This document shows positions 1 through 9,269 of a stretch of DNA of 64,000 nt, one piece after another. Made by a program: the position numbers and the translations under genes. The DNA is taken from assembly GCA_023133595.1 (NCBI GenBank), contig JAGLWF010000001.1:33693-97692 (forward strand). Direction: 5' to 3'. This DNA is from Nanobdellota archaeon (lineage in GTDB: Archaea > Nanobdellota > Nanobdellia > Woesearchaeales > WJKV01). Every line of letters begins with the position of its first letter. The first letter of the stretch is position 1. The notes under the pieces are model-generated. The model saw only the letters and a program-made list of their open reading frames with translations. It was not told the origin of the DNA and made no database searches.

Positions 1-776
1 TTGCATCTTGAGAGCCCATTTGTTGCTTCCCAGACGCAGGTGTCGTATTCATCGCACAGGCCGAAGGTATGGCCAAATTCATGATCAGCAACATTGACTC
101 TCTGGCTGCATTCTTGCCCTCCCAGATAGATTGCATCACCATATAGGTAAGTAAAACCACAGCCGCACTCATCTACATCCTGCAATAATTTATCTATTGC
201 AAATATTCTATATCTGTACGGGGCTGGAGCTGGAAGAAATTTATCATTCTTTTCCAGGTACCAATCCTCAGCAAATAATGAGACTGCTCCTAGATCAATA
301 TCACACACAGCATCTGTCTCTAATTGTTCATCCAAGATTACAAAAGTAGTATCTGGAAAATGGAATTCTAACTTTAGTTCTTCTTTGATCTCATTTACAC
401 GGGAAATAAACCTGGAATCGTCTGGTTCATAATTCAAAGGTACAAAAAATATCGTGAATGGAAAGTCCTGTTTATTGTCAATCTCTTCACAACTAGACCC
501 CATGCAGGCCATTCCCTCTGGACAGCCGCACCTGGTGCAGTCTTTAACCAAAGCAAGTTCTTCAATCTCAGAGTCATAGGCGCAAAATAGTGGCTTATCG
601 TAGGAGCAAGCTTCAAATACAGTATCATCAGGACATAAGTCTAATTGTACAATATGCGGCTCTGATGTCCCGTTATATAGATATTCGTAGTAAATCAAGA
701 TACTTGCAGATATAACAAGAACCATTCCGATCACAATAAACAAGGCAACCTGTGCCTGTCTATTTTTTCTATTCAT
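1..776 (-). CDS. Putative membrane-anchored zinc metalloprotease (HExxH: HEFGHTFGLCDEY); 3' end runs off the window
   Basis: Read by hand in a frame the ORF track does not list (no stop inside the window). Begins MNRKNRQAQVALFIVIGMVLVIS (N-terminal TM anchor) and contains the HEFGH zinc-binding motif. SD-like GAGAGGGG lies ahead of the ATG at 776. It sits 12 nt downstream of the preceding membrane-protein gene, same strand. Confidence 0.55.
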   Translation of the reverse strand, partial: MNRKNRQAQVALFIVIGMVLVISASILIYYEYLYNGTSEPHIVQLDLCPDDTVFEACSYDKPLFCAYDSEIEELALVKDCTRCGCPEGMACMGSSCEEIDNKQDFPFTIFFVPLNYEPDDSRFISRVNEIKEELKLEFHFPDTTFVILDEQLETDAVCDIDLGAVSLFAEDWYLEKNDKFLPAPAPYRYRIFAIDKLLQDVDECGCGFTYLYGDAIYLGGQECSQRVNVADHEFGHTFGLCDEYDTCVWEATNGLSRC

Positions 777-788
777 AACCCCTCTCAT

Positions 789-2825
789 TTAACTGCACTT
801 CTTAATTTGATTATTGATCAATGTATTATCAGGACATCGAGAATATTGCTCAAATGCCTCCTGGAACGCTTCCTCGCATCTCTGCGGCGGATCTGCTGCC
901 GAACAAACATTAAAATCTGTGACAAACAATGTCAATTTAGAATAACAGTCAGTATCGTATGATTCACAGCCTTCTAGATATTCCTGTCCTAGGTAATGTA
1001 ATAGCAATCTTAATCTCAGAGCCTCGTTCTTTAACACCAAAGTCTCTGAAGGTATCCTGAATTTTTCAATATAATATTCATTCCCAAATTCTTTCTTGAG
1101 TTTTGTATTGAGATTGCTGACTCTTGTCAATGCAAGTGCAAGATTTGTATGCTTGATAAACTCATTCAATGTCTTGCCGAACAGAGTTCCGCTGAAAAAA
1201 GAGATCTGACTGAAAGGAACGAAGTCCTGCTGTTTCTCAAGACCAAATGTAGGAGATAGTTGTTCATACAATTGATCAGAGGCGAATTGCATTTTCTTGA
1301 TATGCTCCTGAAGATCTTTTGTTCTGTCCAGGAAATCTACTTTTCCAACCTTGTTTGCGTTTATTGCTGCAAACTCGTCGACAGCGATCTTTGCCTGGTT
1401 TCTTAACATAGATGTCTGCAGACTCAATCTTATCATACGGTTAGTATTCTCAGCCATGTCATCAAATACTTTTCCAGATACAAAATTAAAAAAAGCTCCA
1501 AACCCAGTAACCCTAGGAATGTAATAATTCTTATAGGACTGGAGTTGAGATTCGTACTGGGTTTGAAGACTCAAAAACATGCTTGGCAATTTGCCTTTTA
1601 CTATTGGATATTTCCATGTCAATTTATGCATATGCTCTTCGATCATCAATGGTTCTGTCGCCTCGATAAGCTCTGCTTTTGTTTCCAGAGCACGTTCATA
1701 AATATTGGAAGCAAATATTGTGCCGGAGATGCCTGCGATAATCAGGATAATTATCATCAGGAAGATGCTGATAAAGATGCCATACATGATTGGATCCCAG
1801 GTTATGCTCCTACGCGGTTTCAGGAGTAATGTCAAAGGATAGGCAGCAGCGAAAAAATTAATCTTTCCTGTTGTACGACCGATAAGAGAGGCACCGATCC
1901 TGATGATGACCGGAAATGTCAGTGCTAATATTATGAAATAAATTATTATCAGGTACATGACAGACATATGCTTGAAAAATGGTAGCAGGACATGCGACAT
2001 GAACAACAGTATCAAGACAAGAAGAGTTACAAAGTAAGTCAGTAGGATCATCCAGCAATTGTAGAGTGCAAAGAAGTTGTGCTTCCTATCGGTTTTGCTG
2101 AAATAGATCCAAGCCTTAAGAAATACAAGGCCAGCAAAGATCAATAAGATATAGGATAGATAAAGTGACAGAAGAAAAAATCCTATGAAAACCAGGATTG
2201 CTAACACTTCATTCTTAGTTTTGTAGGAAATCCCGATCAGATAATTAAATACCAAAAAACCAACGATGAAAATCAATGAAGAATACACTGCTCCTGCAAA
2301 AGCTCCGATAAGAGTGAGGAGAGCAATGAACAGAACCATATGAACATCTCCAGACAATCGCAAGAATTTCATTATATCAAACGGATTCTTGTAGTTCAGC
2401 AATGGTTTGTGCTGGTACGATGGAAGAACATGTTCATGAAAAAACAGCCTGAATAATAATGTGAAAAAGACTGCCACCAGTAACGGGATAACAATTGAGA
2501 TCACAAGATAGAGCAGGATGTTTGGGACTGCTTGCGGTGCTGAATAGATAAAGAATACAAAAGTTATTATTCCAGTCAGAAGACCTACCAAAACTTCGTA
2601 TTTCAAGGAATCTTTTTCTGACAGATGATGCCTTGCACAGGAATATCCCAGGAATGCTGCGATCACTGCAGGATAGATAATTAATATTGAGAAAAATATT
2701 GCATTTGTCATGTCTGGAAGTGATGCGAACTTAAAGAAGAAAAGCAAAACTATAGGCACTAATATCAGTAGCAACAGTAACGGTGCACTCAATACTGAGA
2801 TATGTGAAATCTCTTGATTTTCCAT
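789..2825 (-). CDS. Polytopic membrane protein (>=10 predicted TM helices) with a ~290-aa Cys-containing C-terminal soluble domain; possible secretion/pilus platform partner (FlaJ/TadC-like role not established)
   Basis: 678-aa ORF, first ~390 aa strongly hydrophobic. GAGGT-type RBS ahead of the ATG at 2825. It lies 14 nt downstream of the FlaI/VirB11-family ATPase gene in the same operon. No T2SS-F motif could be recognised by eye. Confidence 0.5.
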   Translation of the reverse strand: MENQEISHISVLSAPLLLLLILVPIVLLFFFKFASLPDMTNAIFFSILIIYPAVIAAFLGYSCARHHLSEKDSLKYEVLVGLLTGIITFVFFIYSAPQAVPNILLYLVISIVIPLLVAVFFTLLFRLFFHEHVLPSYQHKPLLNYKNPFDIMKFLRLSGDVHMVLFIALLTLIGAFAGAVYSSLIFIVGFLVFNYLIGISYKTKNEVLAILVFIGFFLLSLYLSYILLIFAGLVFLKAWIYFSKTDRKHNFFALYNCWMILLTYFVTLLVLILLFMSHVLLPFFKHMSVMYLIIIYFIILALTFPVIIRIGASLIGRTTGKINFFAAAYPLTLLLKPRRSITWDPIMYGIFISIFLMIIILIIAGISGTIFASNIYERALETKAELIEATEPLMIEEHMHKLTWKYPIVKGKLPSMFLSLQTQYESQLQSYKNYYIPRVTGFGAFFNFVSGKVFDDMAENTNRMIRLSLQTSMLRNQAKIAVDEFAAINANKVGKVDFLDRTKDLQEHIKKMQFASDQLYEQLSPTFGLEKQQDFVPFSQISFFSGTLFGKTLNEFIKHTNLALALTRVSNLNTKLKKEFGNEYYIEKFRIPSETLVLKNEALRLRLLLHYLGQEYLEGCESYDTDCYSKLTLFVTDFNVCSAADPPQRCEEAFQEAFEQYSRCPDNTLINNQIKKCS

Positions 2826-2839
2826 CTACCAACCTCTTT

Positions 2840-5800
2840 TTATTTTTTAACTGATTCTTTCTTGACTTCTTTTTTCAGCCAGCGTTCCCATTCATTGTAG
2901 ATCATCTTACTGTCAAGATCACCGACTTCCTCCAATACATTTTCTGAGATAATGTGAAACATATCATTGCATTTTATGACAAATGGAGCTTCTAGTAATT
3001 CGGGATTTCCTGCTTTCAGGGAATAATCCAAGTTAGCCTTCCGGATCTTTGCTCTTAGCATGATATTATCCCAGACAGCATCCCATTTTCCTGCCCACTG
3101 CTTGACATTTGCTGCAATGCTCTTCAAGACATCACTGTCTCCATTCATCAGATCTGGACTTGGTTCTAATTCATCTGTTATTGGATTATAACGAAGAAGA
3201 TCAACAAAACCCTGCTCTCTGTGCGGATCCTCGACCCAATCCTTTCTTACTTCTGTGATGCCTGTCATACGACGCCACCAATGCAGACCGTCAGGACTTC
3301 TGACAGGAGTATTCATAAGTATGATATCAGTTGCTTTGAATGATGTGCGCGGAACTCCGATATCATTGACAACACGATCAAACACACCGTAGGGACTGTC
3401 AGCGTGTATTGTGCCTGCAACAACATTTGCAGCTGCACCGACACGCATTGCTTCGTATAATGCCAGCGCTTCTGTATTGTGGAGTAAAATTCCTCCAAAA
3501 CCACCAATAAACCTCTGAGTGGACTTTACACTTAAATCATAAACATATTCTGGTTTTTTAAGATTAATAACCTCAATAGATTTTACTTTATCAACAAAAA
3601 ACTCACCATGAGCAAAATTATAAATCTCATCACTACATTTAACTTCTTCTGTAATTTTTTTAAGATAATCTTTTGAACAGCATTTTGTTCTTCTTAAATG
3701 CCTATACTTCCTTGGCAATTTTAAATGTTTTTCTAACTCTTTCGGATTAAATGATACTGAATCATCTTTACTATGTGAAAAAGATTTTGTAAATATAGAA
3801 GGCCTCTTATGTGTAAATCCAATATTTTTTAAGAAGAATTCAACATATTTTCTTTGCTTTATTTCAGCAATATATATTTTCTTATGACTTTTATTTATTT
3901 TGTTTCTGCTATGGATTCTACATACAATTCCTACTGATAAAAGTGCATAAGCGACATCTTCAATTAACTTTTTTGATGTTGAGAAATATTGGATCATGGT
4001 TCCAGCGCTTTTCGTTATACTAATAGAGCCATCACCGCTATACATTCCCCTTAATAGAGCACAGATCTTCTTTTCATTTAGGCCATACACAAATTCGGGG
4101 ATTCTTTTATGAAAAGATGTTTTCCCGCAATCTAACTTAAGTAATAAATCAGCAAGAGGTTTACATGTGACAAACATTTGTATTGAAGTCCCATAACCCT
4201 TTATTTTTCTCTTCGAAACAGATAATCCTAATTCTTTTTCACAAATTTGAGTTATATCTTTAATTATTTCTGGTTTTGAATTTGTAATCTGAATTTTGCT
4301 GTTAGTGATGTTACCTTCAGCGAGATAATATCCAATAAATCTTAAAACACTTTCATTTATTGGGAACTTCGTGGGAATACTATTTGAGGTTCCTCTTTTA
4401 ATTCTTAGATTCTCCAGATTAAACTTTATCTTTGCTTTAATCATTAATTTGAGAAAAGCTTTAATAGGAATCCTCGTTTTTTGAGTAGATAACAGATATC
4501 TGTAGATATCAGAAATCCCACAGATCTCGCTACATTTTTTCCAATTAAGTTTTTTGACTGCCTTACGAATATATGGTTCTGCATTTTCCAAACGATAGTC
4601 TTCTTTGAATACTCTTAACAAATCGATAGAACCAATATCATTAAAACCATTTGGCAATTTAGAAGGAATTATTATTGGATCTCCTACTTTTAATTGATTG
4701 GTGTTTATAGCAGCAATTTTAAAATCAACATGAGTAAATACACTATGGTCAGGAGTAACAGTAACTTCTCTTCCTGTTTTAGTAGTAAGTTTGATTAATT
4801 GTTTACGTTTAGGATGCTTTACAAAAGCAGTTAGTTTTTTTAATTTCATTTTTTGTTCCTCACCAAATGTAGGGACAAAAAATGATTTTAAATTCTTATT
4901 TTCTAAGTCTTTTATAGGCATCCGTTTAGTCAATCCATTTTCAACAATTACAACTTCCTCACTACCCTTAAGAGAACTTCTGACCTCACCTATAATCAAT
5001 GAAGAATCTCCCATCCGCAGTGTCGCACGGATTCCATCAGTTGCACTGACTCCTGATTCTTTTGTTGCTGCGAGTGCAGAAGAAACTTTCATAGATTGTA
5101 AATTGAATCCCAATTCACGCAGTGCCTGCGTCGGAAGTTCCAGTGTATCTTCAATCGTGATAATACGATAACGCCGCATGATGTCAACCATTACTGACGC
5201 AAGTACACTTGACTTTCCACTGCTCCTTGTACCTGCGACAAGCATTGTCTTTGTGCCGTCGATAAGAAAACTGATTATTCCTGCTGCAATAGGATTGAAC
5301 ATCTTGTATTTCATGAATAATGGGAGTGTCCACGGTTTATTTCTGTGCCTTCTGAATGCAAACGCAAGACCTGTTGGATTAAGTGGAGGCGAGATCGCAG
5401 AAACTCTTGTACGCGCAGCTGGCAGTGTAAGTTCTGTATCAAGGATAGGGTTTGCTTCATCCAATGGCCTGCCGCTTATCAGACGAAGTTTTGTTGCCCA
5501 ACTTTCTGACTCTGTCGGTGTCGGATAAATGTTTGAGAAACAATTTCCAAAGTCCTGGTGCACTATAAACATCGGAATCCTTCCAAGTGGAGAATTTAAT
5601 GTTACGTCCTGTATCTTTTCATCCTCCATCAGGACCTCGATCAGGCCGAATCCGATTGTGTAACGCATCAATATCTTTGCCAGCAACAAGATATCCTTAT
5701 TCTTCATCTTAATATCTTTTGTTTCTGCCAGTTCTGCCAACAAATCAACGCCAATGTTCATGAAAACTTCGCGCATCCGTTCTGGATCAATGAATTCAGA

Positions 5801-6628
5801 TTTTGTCGGCTTATGCTCTGCCATGATGTTTCTTGCAGTGTCGAGCAATTCGTACTGTTCTTCTGTGAGCCTGAACTCAGGCGGCATGAGATGATAAAGA
5901 TATTGAACATCCTCGGGAAGTTTGAAAACATTCACTTCTGTATCGCCGATAGAATAAGTGTCAAGGATCTCTCCACCGTCTGGATATTGTGCCCGCAGTT
6001 TTGTATACATGAAATCCGGTTTGATCACTGGTCTGAAGATCAGACGATATAGATCACGGGAATCAACAGAATATCCAGGGATTTGCGGAAGTACTGCTTT
6101 GATCATCCGCGTGCGTTCCAATAATTCTTTTACATAACTTAGGATCGCAATATATTTCTCTTCATTCATCAATCTTTTTGTGTCTGTGATTGTTTCTTTT
6201 GCTATCCTCGCCTCCCGTACCAATCGCTTTAGCATCACATAAGCTCCGATCGGATCCTGTTTTAGCCTGACAAATACCAAGTTATTGATCAGATCCTGTT
6301 TCTGCGCATACCATGTGCGGTATTCAGGAATCTTTCCTATCTCGAACAAAGATAGCTGATGCTTGTTCTGCGTGAGATGCGCATAGAGATTAGCAATCTC
6401 CATCAGGATGAGAACCTGGTTCATCTCATATTCAAAATCACGTTTTTGATAGTACACAATCTTTGTTACTTCTTTTACCTGCAATAGAATATCAATTGTC
6501 CTGCTCATCAGGAATGGATCATCTTCTAGGATTGGGATTCGTGAATAGGTCTCGCAATATATACGTAGAATGCGCTCTTCTCCTTCTCTTATTAGCTCAA
6601 ACTCCCAGTCCTTCTTCTGTGGCATCAT
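2840..6628 (-). CDS. FlaI/VirB11/GspE-family secretion or type IV pilus ATPase with a long N-terminal extension and an inserted ~501-aa intein (LAGLIDADG homing endonuclease type)
   Basis: Walker A GTRSSGKSS; PilT/GspE Asp box RIITIEDTLEL; Walker-B-proximal LIIGEVR; His box GTIHADS. Between GEVR and TEALALYEAMRVG lies a segment with intein block B (TPDH), two LAGLIDADG-like motifs (GYYLAEGNIT and LLRGMYSGDGSI), and a terminal ILLHN followed by Thr. Start moved to the MMPQKK ATG at 6628, which has AAAAAGGGGTGG upstream; the ORF-track N-terminus reads through the promoter. Confidence 0.8.
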   Translation of the reverse strand: MMPQKKDWEFELIREGEERILRIYCETYSRIPILEDDPFLMSRTIDILLQVKEVTKIVYYQKRDFEYEMNQVLILMEIANLYAHLTQNKHQLSLFEIGKIPEYRTWYAQKQDLINNLVFVRLKQDPIGAYVMLKRLVREARIAKETITDTKRLMNEEKYIAILSYVKELLERTRMIKAVLPQIPGYSVDSRDLYRLIFRPVIKPDFMYTKLRAQYPDGGEILDTYSIGDTEVNVFKLPEDVQYLYHLMPPEFRLTEEQYELLDTARNIMAEHKPTKSEFIDPERMREVFMNIGVDLLAELAETKDIKMKNKDILLLAKILMRYTIGFGLIEVLMEDEKIQDVTLNSPLGRIPMFIVHQDFGNCFSNIYPTPTESESWATKLRLISGRPLDEANPILDTELTLPAARTRVSAISPPLNPTGLAFAFRRHRNKPWTLPLFMKYKMFNPIAAGIISFLIDGTKTMLVAGTRSSGKSSVLASVMVDIMRRYRIITIEDTLELPTQALRELGFNLQSMKVSSALAATKESGVSATDGIRATLRMGDSSLIIGEVRSSLKGSEEVVIVENGLTKRMPIKDLENKNLKSFFVPTFGEEQKMKLKKLTAFVKHPKRKQLIKLTTKTGREVTVTPDHSVFTHVDFKIAAINTNQLKVGDPIIIPSKLPNGFNDIGSIDLLRVFKEDYRLENAEPYIRKAVKKLNWKKCSEICGISDIYRYLLSTQKTRIPIKAFLKLMIKAKIKFNLENLRIKRGTSNSIPTKFPINESVLRFIGYYLAEGNITNSKIQITNSKPEIIKDITQICEKELGLSVSKRKIKGYGTSIQMFVTCKPLADLLLKLDCGKTSFHKRIPEFVYGLNEKKICALLRGMYSGDGSISITKSAGTMIQYFSTSKKLIEDVAYALLSVGIVCRIHSRNKINKSHKKIYIAEIKQRKYVEFFLKNIGFTHKRPSIFTKSFSHSKDDSVSFNPKELEKHLKLPRKYRHLRRTKCCSKDYLKKITEEVKCSDEIYNFAHGEFFVDKVKSIEVINLKKPEYVYDLSVKSTQRFIGGFGGILLHNTEALALYEAMRVGAAANVVAGTIHADSPYGVFDRVVNDIGVPRTSFKATDIILMNTPVRSPDGLHWWRRMTGITEVRKDWVEDPHREQGFVDLLRYNPITDELEPSPDLMNGDSDVLKSIAANVKQWAGKWDAVWDNIMLRAKIRKANLDYSLKAGNPELLEAPFVIKCNDMFHIISENVLEEVGDLDSKMIYNEWERWLKKEVKKESVKK
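3476..4978 (-). other. Intein (Ser1 ... HN, with Thr at +1) inside the secretion ATPase; contains a LAGLIDADG homing endonuclease domain
   Basis: Boundaries found by residue counting. The extein junction is GEVR|S...ILLHN|TEALALYEAM, which leaves a contiguous GEVRTEALALYEAM. This resembles the FlaI GEIRGEEAYVLFQAM region. Confidence 0.65.
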
Positions 6629-6706
6629 CCACCCCTTTTTATATACTGAAATGAAGCATATATTTAAATATTTCCGACATTTCAGTTTCATAAAAGAGGG
6701 AAGATT
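6629..6706. promoter_or_regulatory. Divergent promoter region with palindromic TATA-like boxes (atatttaaatattt / tatatac)
   Basis: AT-rich intergenic region between the minus-strand ATPase start (6628) and the plus-strand ORF start (6707). TATA-like elements sit about 25-30 nt from both ATGs. Confidence 0.4.
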
Positions 6707-7174
6707 ATGTCTCCATTGTTCAAAAAAACACCAAAAACCGCAGATACTGCAAGAGGTCCTGAAAAGGCAGAATCCAGGTTCAAAAACATATTTGCTGGAA
6801 AAGAAAAAATGCCTGCAATAGGTCATGGTACAGAAACTCTCTTAGGTGACATAGGCAGGCGGTTGCGTGTTCTTGAAGATCGATACAACAGTTTGAGAAA
6901 ACAATTCCAGTTCACAGACCAGATCATGCTGAAAAATAAAAAAGAAATCAATACTGAGATAAAAGCAATGGACCTCACACTGTCCGAGATAAACAAAGAG
7001 ATTATCGAGCTAAAGGATAAAGCTGCAAGAATGTCCTCTGAACTGAAAGGCTGTGCAAGATTATCAGAACTCAAGATTATTGAAAAATACATTGATCTAT
7101 GGAAACCTGTGAATTTCCTTACGAGAGATCAGGCTATCAAGATGATCAAGGAATACGCAAAAAAGAATAAGTAA
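6707..7174 (+). CDS. Hypothetical coiled-coil protein
   Basis: 155-aa ORF with AGAGGGAAG ahead of the ATG. Heptad-like, K/E-rich sequence. Confidence 0.5.
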   Translation: MSPLFKKTPKTADTARGPEKAESRFKNIFAGKEKMPAIGHGTETLLGDIGRRLRVLEDRYNSLRKQFQFTDQIMLKNKKEINTEIKAMDLTLSEINKEIIELKDKAARMSSELKGCARLSELKIIEKYIDLWKPVNFLTRDQAIKMIKEYAKKNK

Positions 7175-7214
7175 GAAAAAGATTTATAAATGAGGGATAT
7201 ATTATTATCGTAGA

Positions 7215-7925
7215 ATGGTAGAGTTGTTTGGTGGTAAAAAAGAGGAGAAAAAGGAGGCTCTTTCTGTTGATAGAATCCTGCAGATGCAGCAGCAGGGCTT
7301 TTCAAACGATCAGATAGTCCAGACCTTGCAGAGAGAGGGCTATAAGAGCAATGAGATATTTGACAATATACAGATGGCAGACACAAGAAAAGGTGTGACA
7401 GGGGCTGCGTACCCGCCACCGCCTACAACACATCCTGCAATGGGCGGAGCACCAGGCATAATCCCTGCAGCAGGAGGCGGAGTTTCTACAGAACAGATCG
7501 AAGAAGTTGCAGAAGCTATTATTGATGAGAAGTGGGATGAATTGGTTGAGAGTGTGAACAAGATCATTGATTGGAAAGAGAAAGTGGAAGCTGATGTTAC
7601 AGCGATAAACGAACGGATCACACAATTGAACAATAATATTCAGACTATCCAGAAATCAGTGCTTGGAAAAGTAGATGAGTACGACAAGACAATGGAAGAC
7701 GTGGGAACTGATGTGAAAGCAATGACAAAAGTTTTCCAGGAGATCCTGCCTGGCTTTGTTGAGAATGTCCAGGAATTATCGCGTGTGACTGCACGAGTGA
7801 AAGGAGAAAAACCAAAAGCATTGCCTAAAATAGAGATGCCAACAGCAAAAAAGAAGAGTTCTAAGAAAACAAAATCAAAGACAGCCGAGATCTTTGGTGA
7901 AAATTCAATAGAAGATATAGAATAG
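7215..7925 (+). CDS. Hypothetical protein: N-terminal domain, Pro/Gly linker, C-terminal coiled coil and a Lys-rich tail
   Basis: 236-aa ORF. Low-complexity PPPPTTHPAMGGAPGIIPAAGGG linker. C-terminal tail KKKSSKKTKSK. Confidence 0.5.
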   Translation: MVELFGGKKEEKKEALSVDRILQMQQQGFSNDQIVQTLQREGYKSNEIFDNIQMADTRKGVTGAAYPPPPTTHPAMGGAPGIIPAAGGGVSTEQIEEVAEAIIDEKWDELVESVNKIIDWKEKVEADVTAINERITQLNNNIQTIQKSVLGKVDEYDKTMEDVGTDVKAMTKVFQEILPGFVENVQELSRVTARVKGEKPKALPKIEMPTAKKKSSKKTKSKTAEIFGENSIEDIE

Positions 7926-7927
7926 AA

Positions 7928-8554
7928 TTATTTTTTCTCTGGTTTCTTGTATATCAATGCACGTATTGCTATTGTGATGATTAATGCAAATGCTCCCAAT
8001 CCTAGAATCTTAGGATGGAACAATACTTTCTGCACTTCCTGCTGATACGCTGCCTGTGCATCTGCTGGAATTCCTATTGTATCTGCAGGCGTGACTCCTG
8101 GACCAAGTGTCGGTGCCTCTGTCACTGCCGGAGCAGTAGTTGTCGCGCCAGCTCCTGCCTGCGGAATCAGGCTCGGACCAAATAATGTGCCAATCGCTGC
8201 AAATATGATAAGGATGATCGACACAAGGATAAGATAATGCACCAGACTCATCTTGCTCATATACTCTGTGATTGCAGTCTCTGGAACTCCAGAGAACCTG
8301 AAAGCCATCATTCCGAACAAGATAAAAATGAACATCACAACAAACCACGGAGAAACATAGAACAATATGGCTGTCACCTGCTTACTCAACAATGTAAGGC
8401 AAGCAACTGCAAACGCGATTATCGCATTCACTCCCTGATCATCTGAGATCAACTTAAATTTATCCAATAGCGCATAAACTATCAAGAACACCAATAAGAA
8501 AATAAATATCGGTGATGCAAACTGAAGTAATCCAATATCAAGGAATGTTGCCAT
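7928..8554 (-). CDS. Integral membrane protein, member of a four-copy tandem paralogous family (most divergent copy; Ala/Thr/Pro-rich insert)
   Basis: 208 aa with about 4 hydrophobic segments. The other three copies share the xLPFLLxF motif at TM1; this copy has only a related SPIFIFLL. Head-to-tail with the next copy; its start overlaps that copy's stop. Confidence 0.6.
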   Translation of the reverse strand: MATFLDIGLLQFASPIFIFLLVFLIVYALLDKFKLISDDQGVNAIIAFAVACLTLLSKQVTAILFYVSPWFVVMFIFILFGMMAFRFSGVPETAITEYMSKMSLVHYLILVSIILIIFAAIGTLFGPSLIPQAGAGATTTAPAVTEAPTLGPGVTPADTIGIPADAQAAYQQEVQKVLFHPKILGLGAFALIITIAIRALIYKKPEKK

Positions 8555-8560
8555 TTTTTA

Positions 8561-9187
8561 TCAGCTAGGTGGTTCCCAGAATTTTGCCCAATCTTTCTTC
8601 CGTTGCTCTTTACGGTCCTTTGAGGTTCCTTCTGGTTCATGTATTATGAAATATATTATGATTCCAAATATCAATATGATCAGCAGCGCGGCCTGATTCT
8701 GCGGTGTGTTGATAAATCTTAATGGTCCAGGCAGATCCTTGAAAAGGCCGGCTGAATTACCAAAGATATAACCTACAACTATGATCGAGCCCCACAAGAT
8801 CCATGATTTGAATGGAAATTCTGTCCATGTTGGTGGTGCGAATATTCCAATCATCAGCATTACCATCAGGATTCCGACAATCCATAGAGAAATTGATGGC
8901 AGTGAATTATTGATTATTTCAACAACATCTGGATAGCCTGTCAATGCTCCGCCTAATCTGCCATCTGTAAAATCAGCAGTTCCATATACAACATGCGGGA
9001 TTATGATCAATAAAGCAATGACCAGAGAAATCACAACATTATACTTTTTGCCTTCCTTGCCCTTGCCAAGAATCTCAGTCTTTTGCAGTGCTGCAAAGAA
9101 TATTACGAATATCAAAAGAAATGGTAAGATAACATCTAAAGCACCTAAGCTTTCAAAGCTTCTTATTGCATCTTCAAAAACAGCCAT
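8561..9187 (-). CDS. Integral membrane protein, paralogous family member 2
   Basis: 208 aa. AGGTGAT RBS. Conserved blocks LDVILPFLLIF, DGRLGGA and NNSLPSIS(L/V)W shared with the 9270-9890 copy. Confidence 0.65.
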   Translation of the reverse strand: MAVFEDAIRSFESLGALDVILPFLLIFVIFFAALQKTEILGKGKEGKKYNVVISLVIALLIIIPHVVYGTADFTDGRLGGALTGYPDVVEIINNSLPSISLWIVGILMVMLMIGIFAPPTWTEFPFKSWILWGSIIVVGYIFGNSAGLFKDLPGPLRFINTPQNQAALLIILIFGIIIYFIIHEPEGTSKDRKEQRKKDWAKFWEPPS

Positions 9188-9269
9188 ATTATCACCTACT
9201 TAAATATATAGGATAGAAGATTCATATATAAAGGTTTCTAAAGGGATTTGTATAGAAAATAAAGAAAAA

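Noticed and set aside
434-628. 64-aa ORF given by the ORF track on the minus strand
   Set aside because: Another frame on the same strand carries a continuous ORF from 776 to the window edge with an N-terminal TM segment and a HEFGH motif. The 64-aa frame has no features.
1545-2058. Small plus- and minus-frame ORFs (94 and 66 aa) inside the membrane-protein gene
   Set aside because: They are fully embedded in a longer, well-supported ORF and have no RBS or domain signal.
789-2825. Calling the 678-aa membrane protein FlaJ/TadC
   Set aside because: The position next to the FlaI-like ATPase suggests it. But the topology, with all TM helices first and then a large soluble Cys-rich domain, does not match FlaJ. 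No T2SS-F motif could be recognised by eye. Left generic.
4791-5528. 126- and 116-aa plus-strand ORFs inside the ATPase/intein gene
   Set aside because: Antisense to a strongly supported CDS. Low-complexity Ser/Leu-rich translations.
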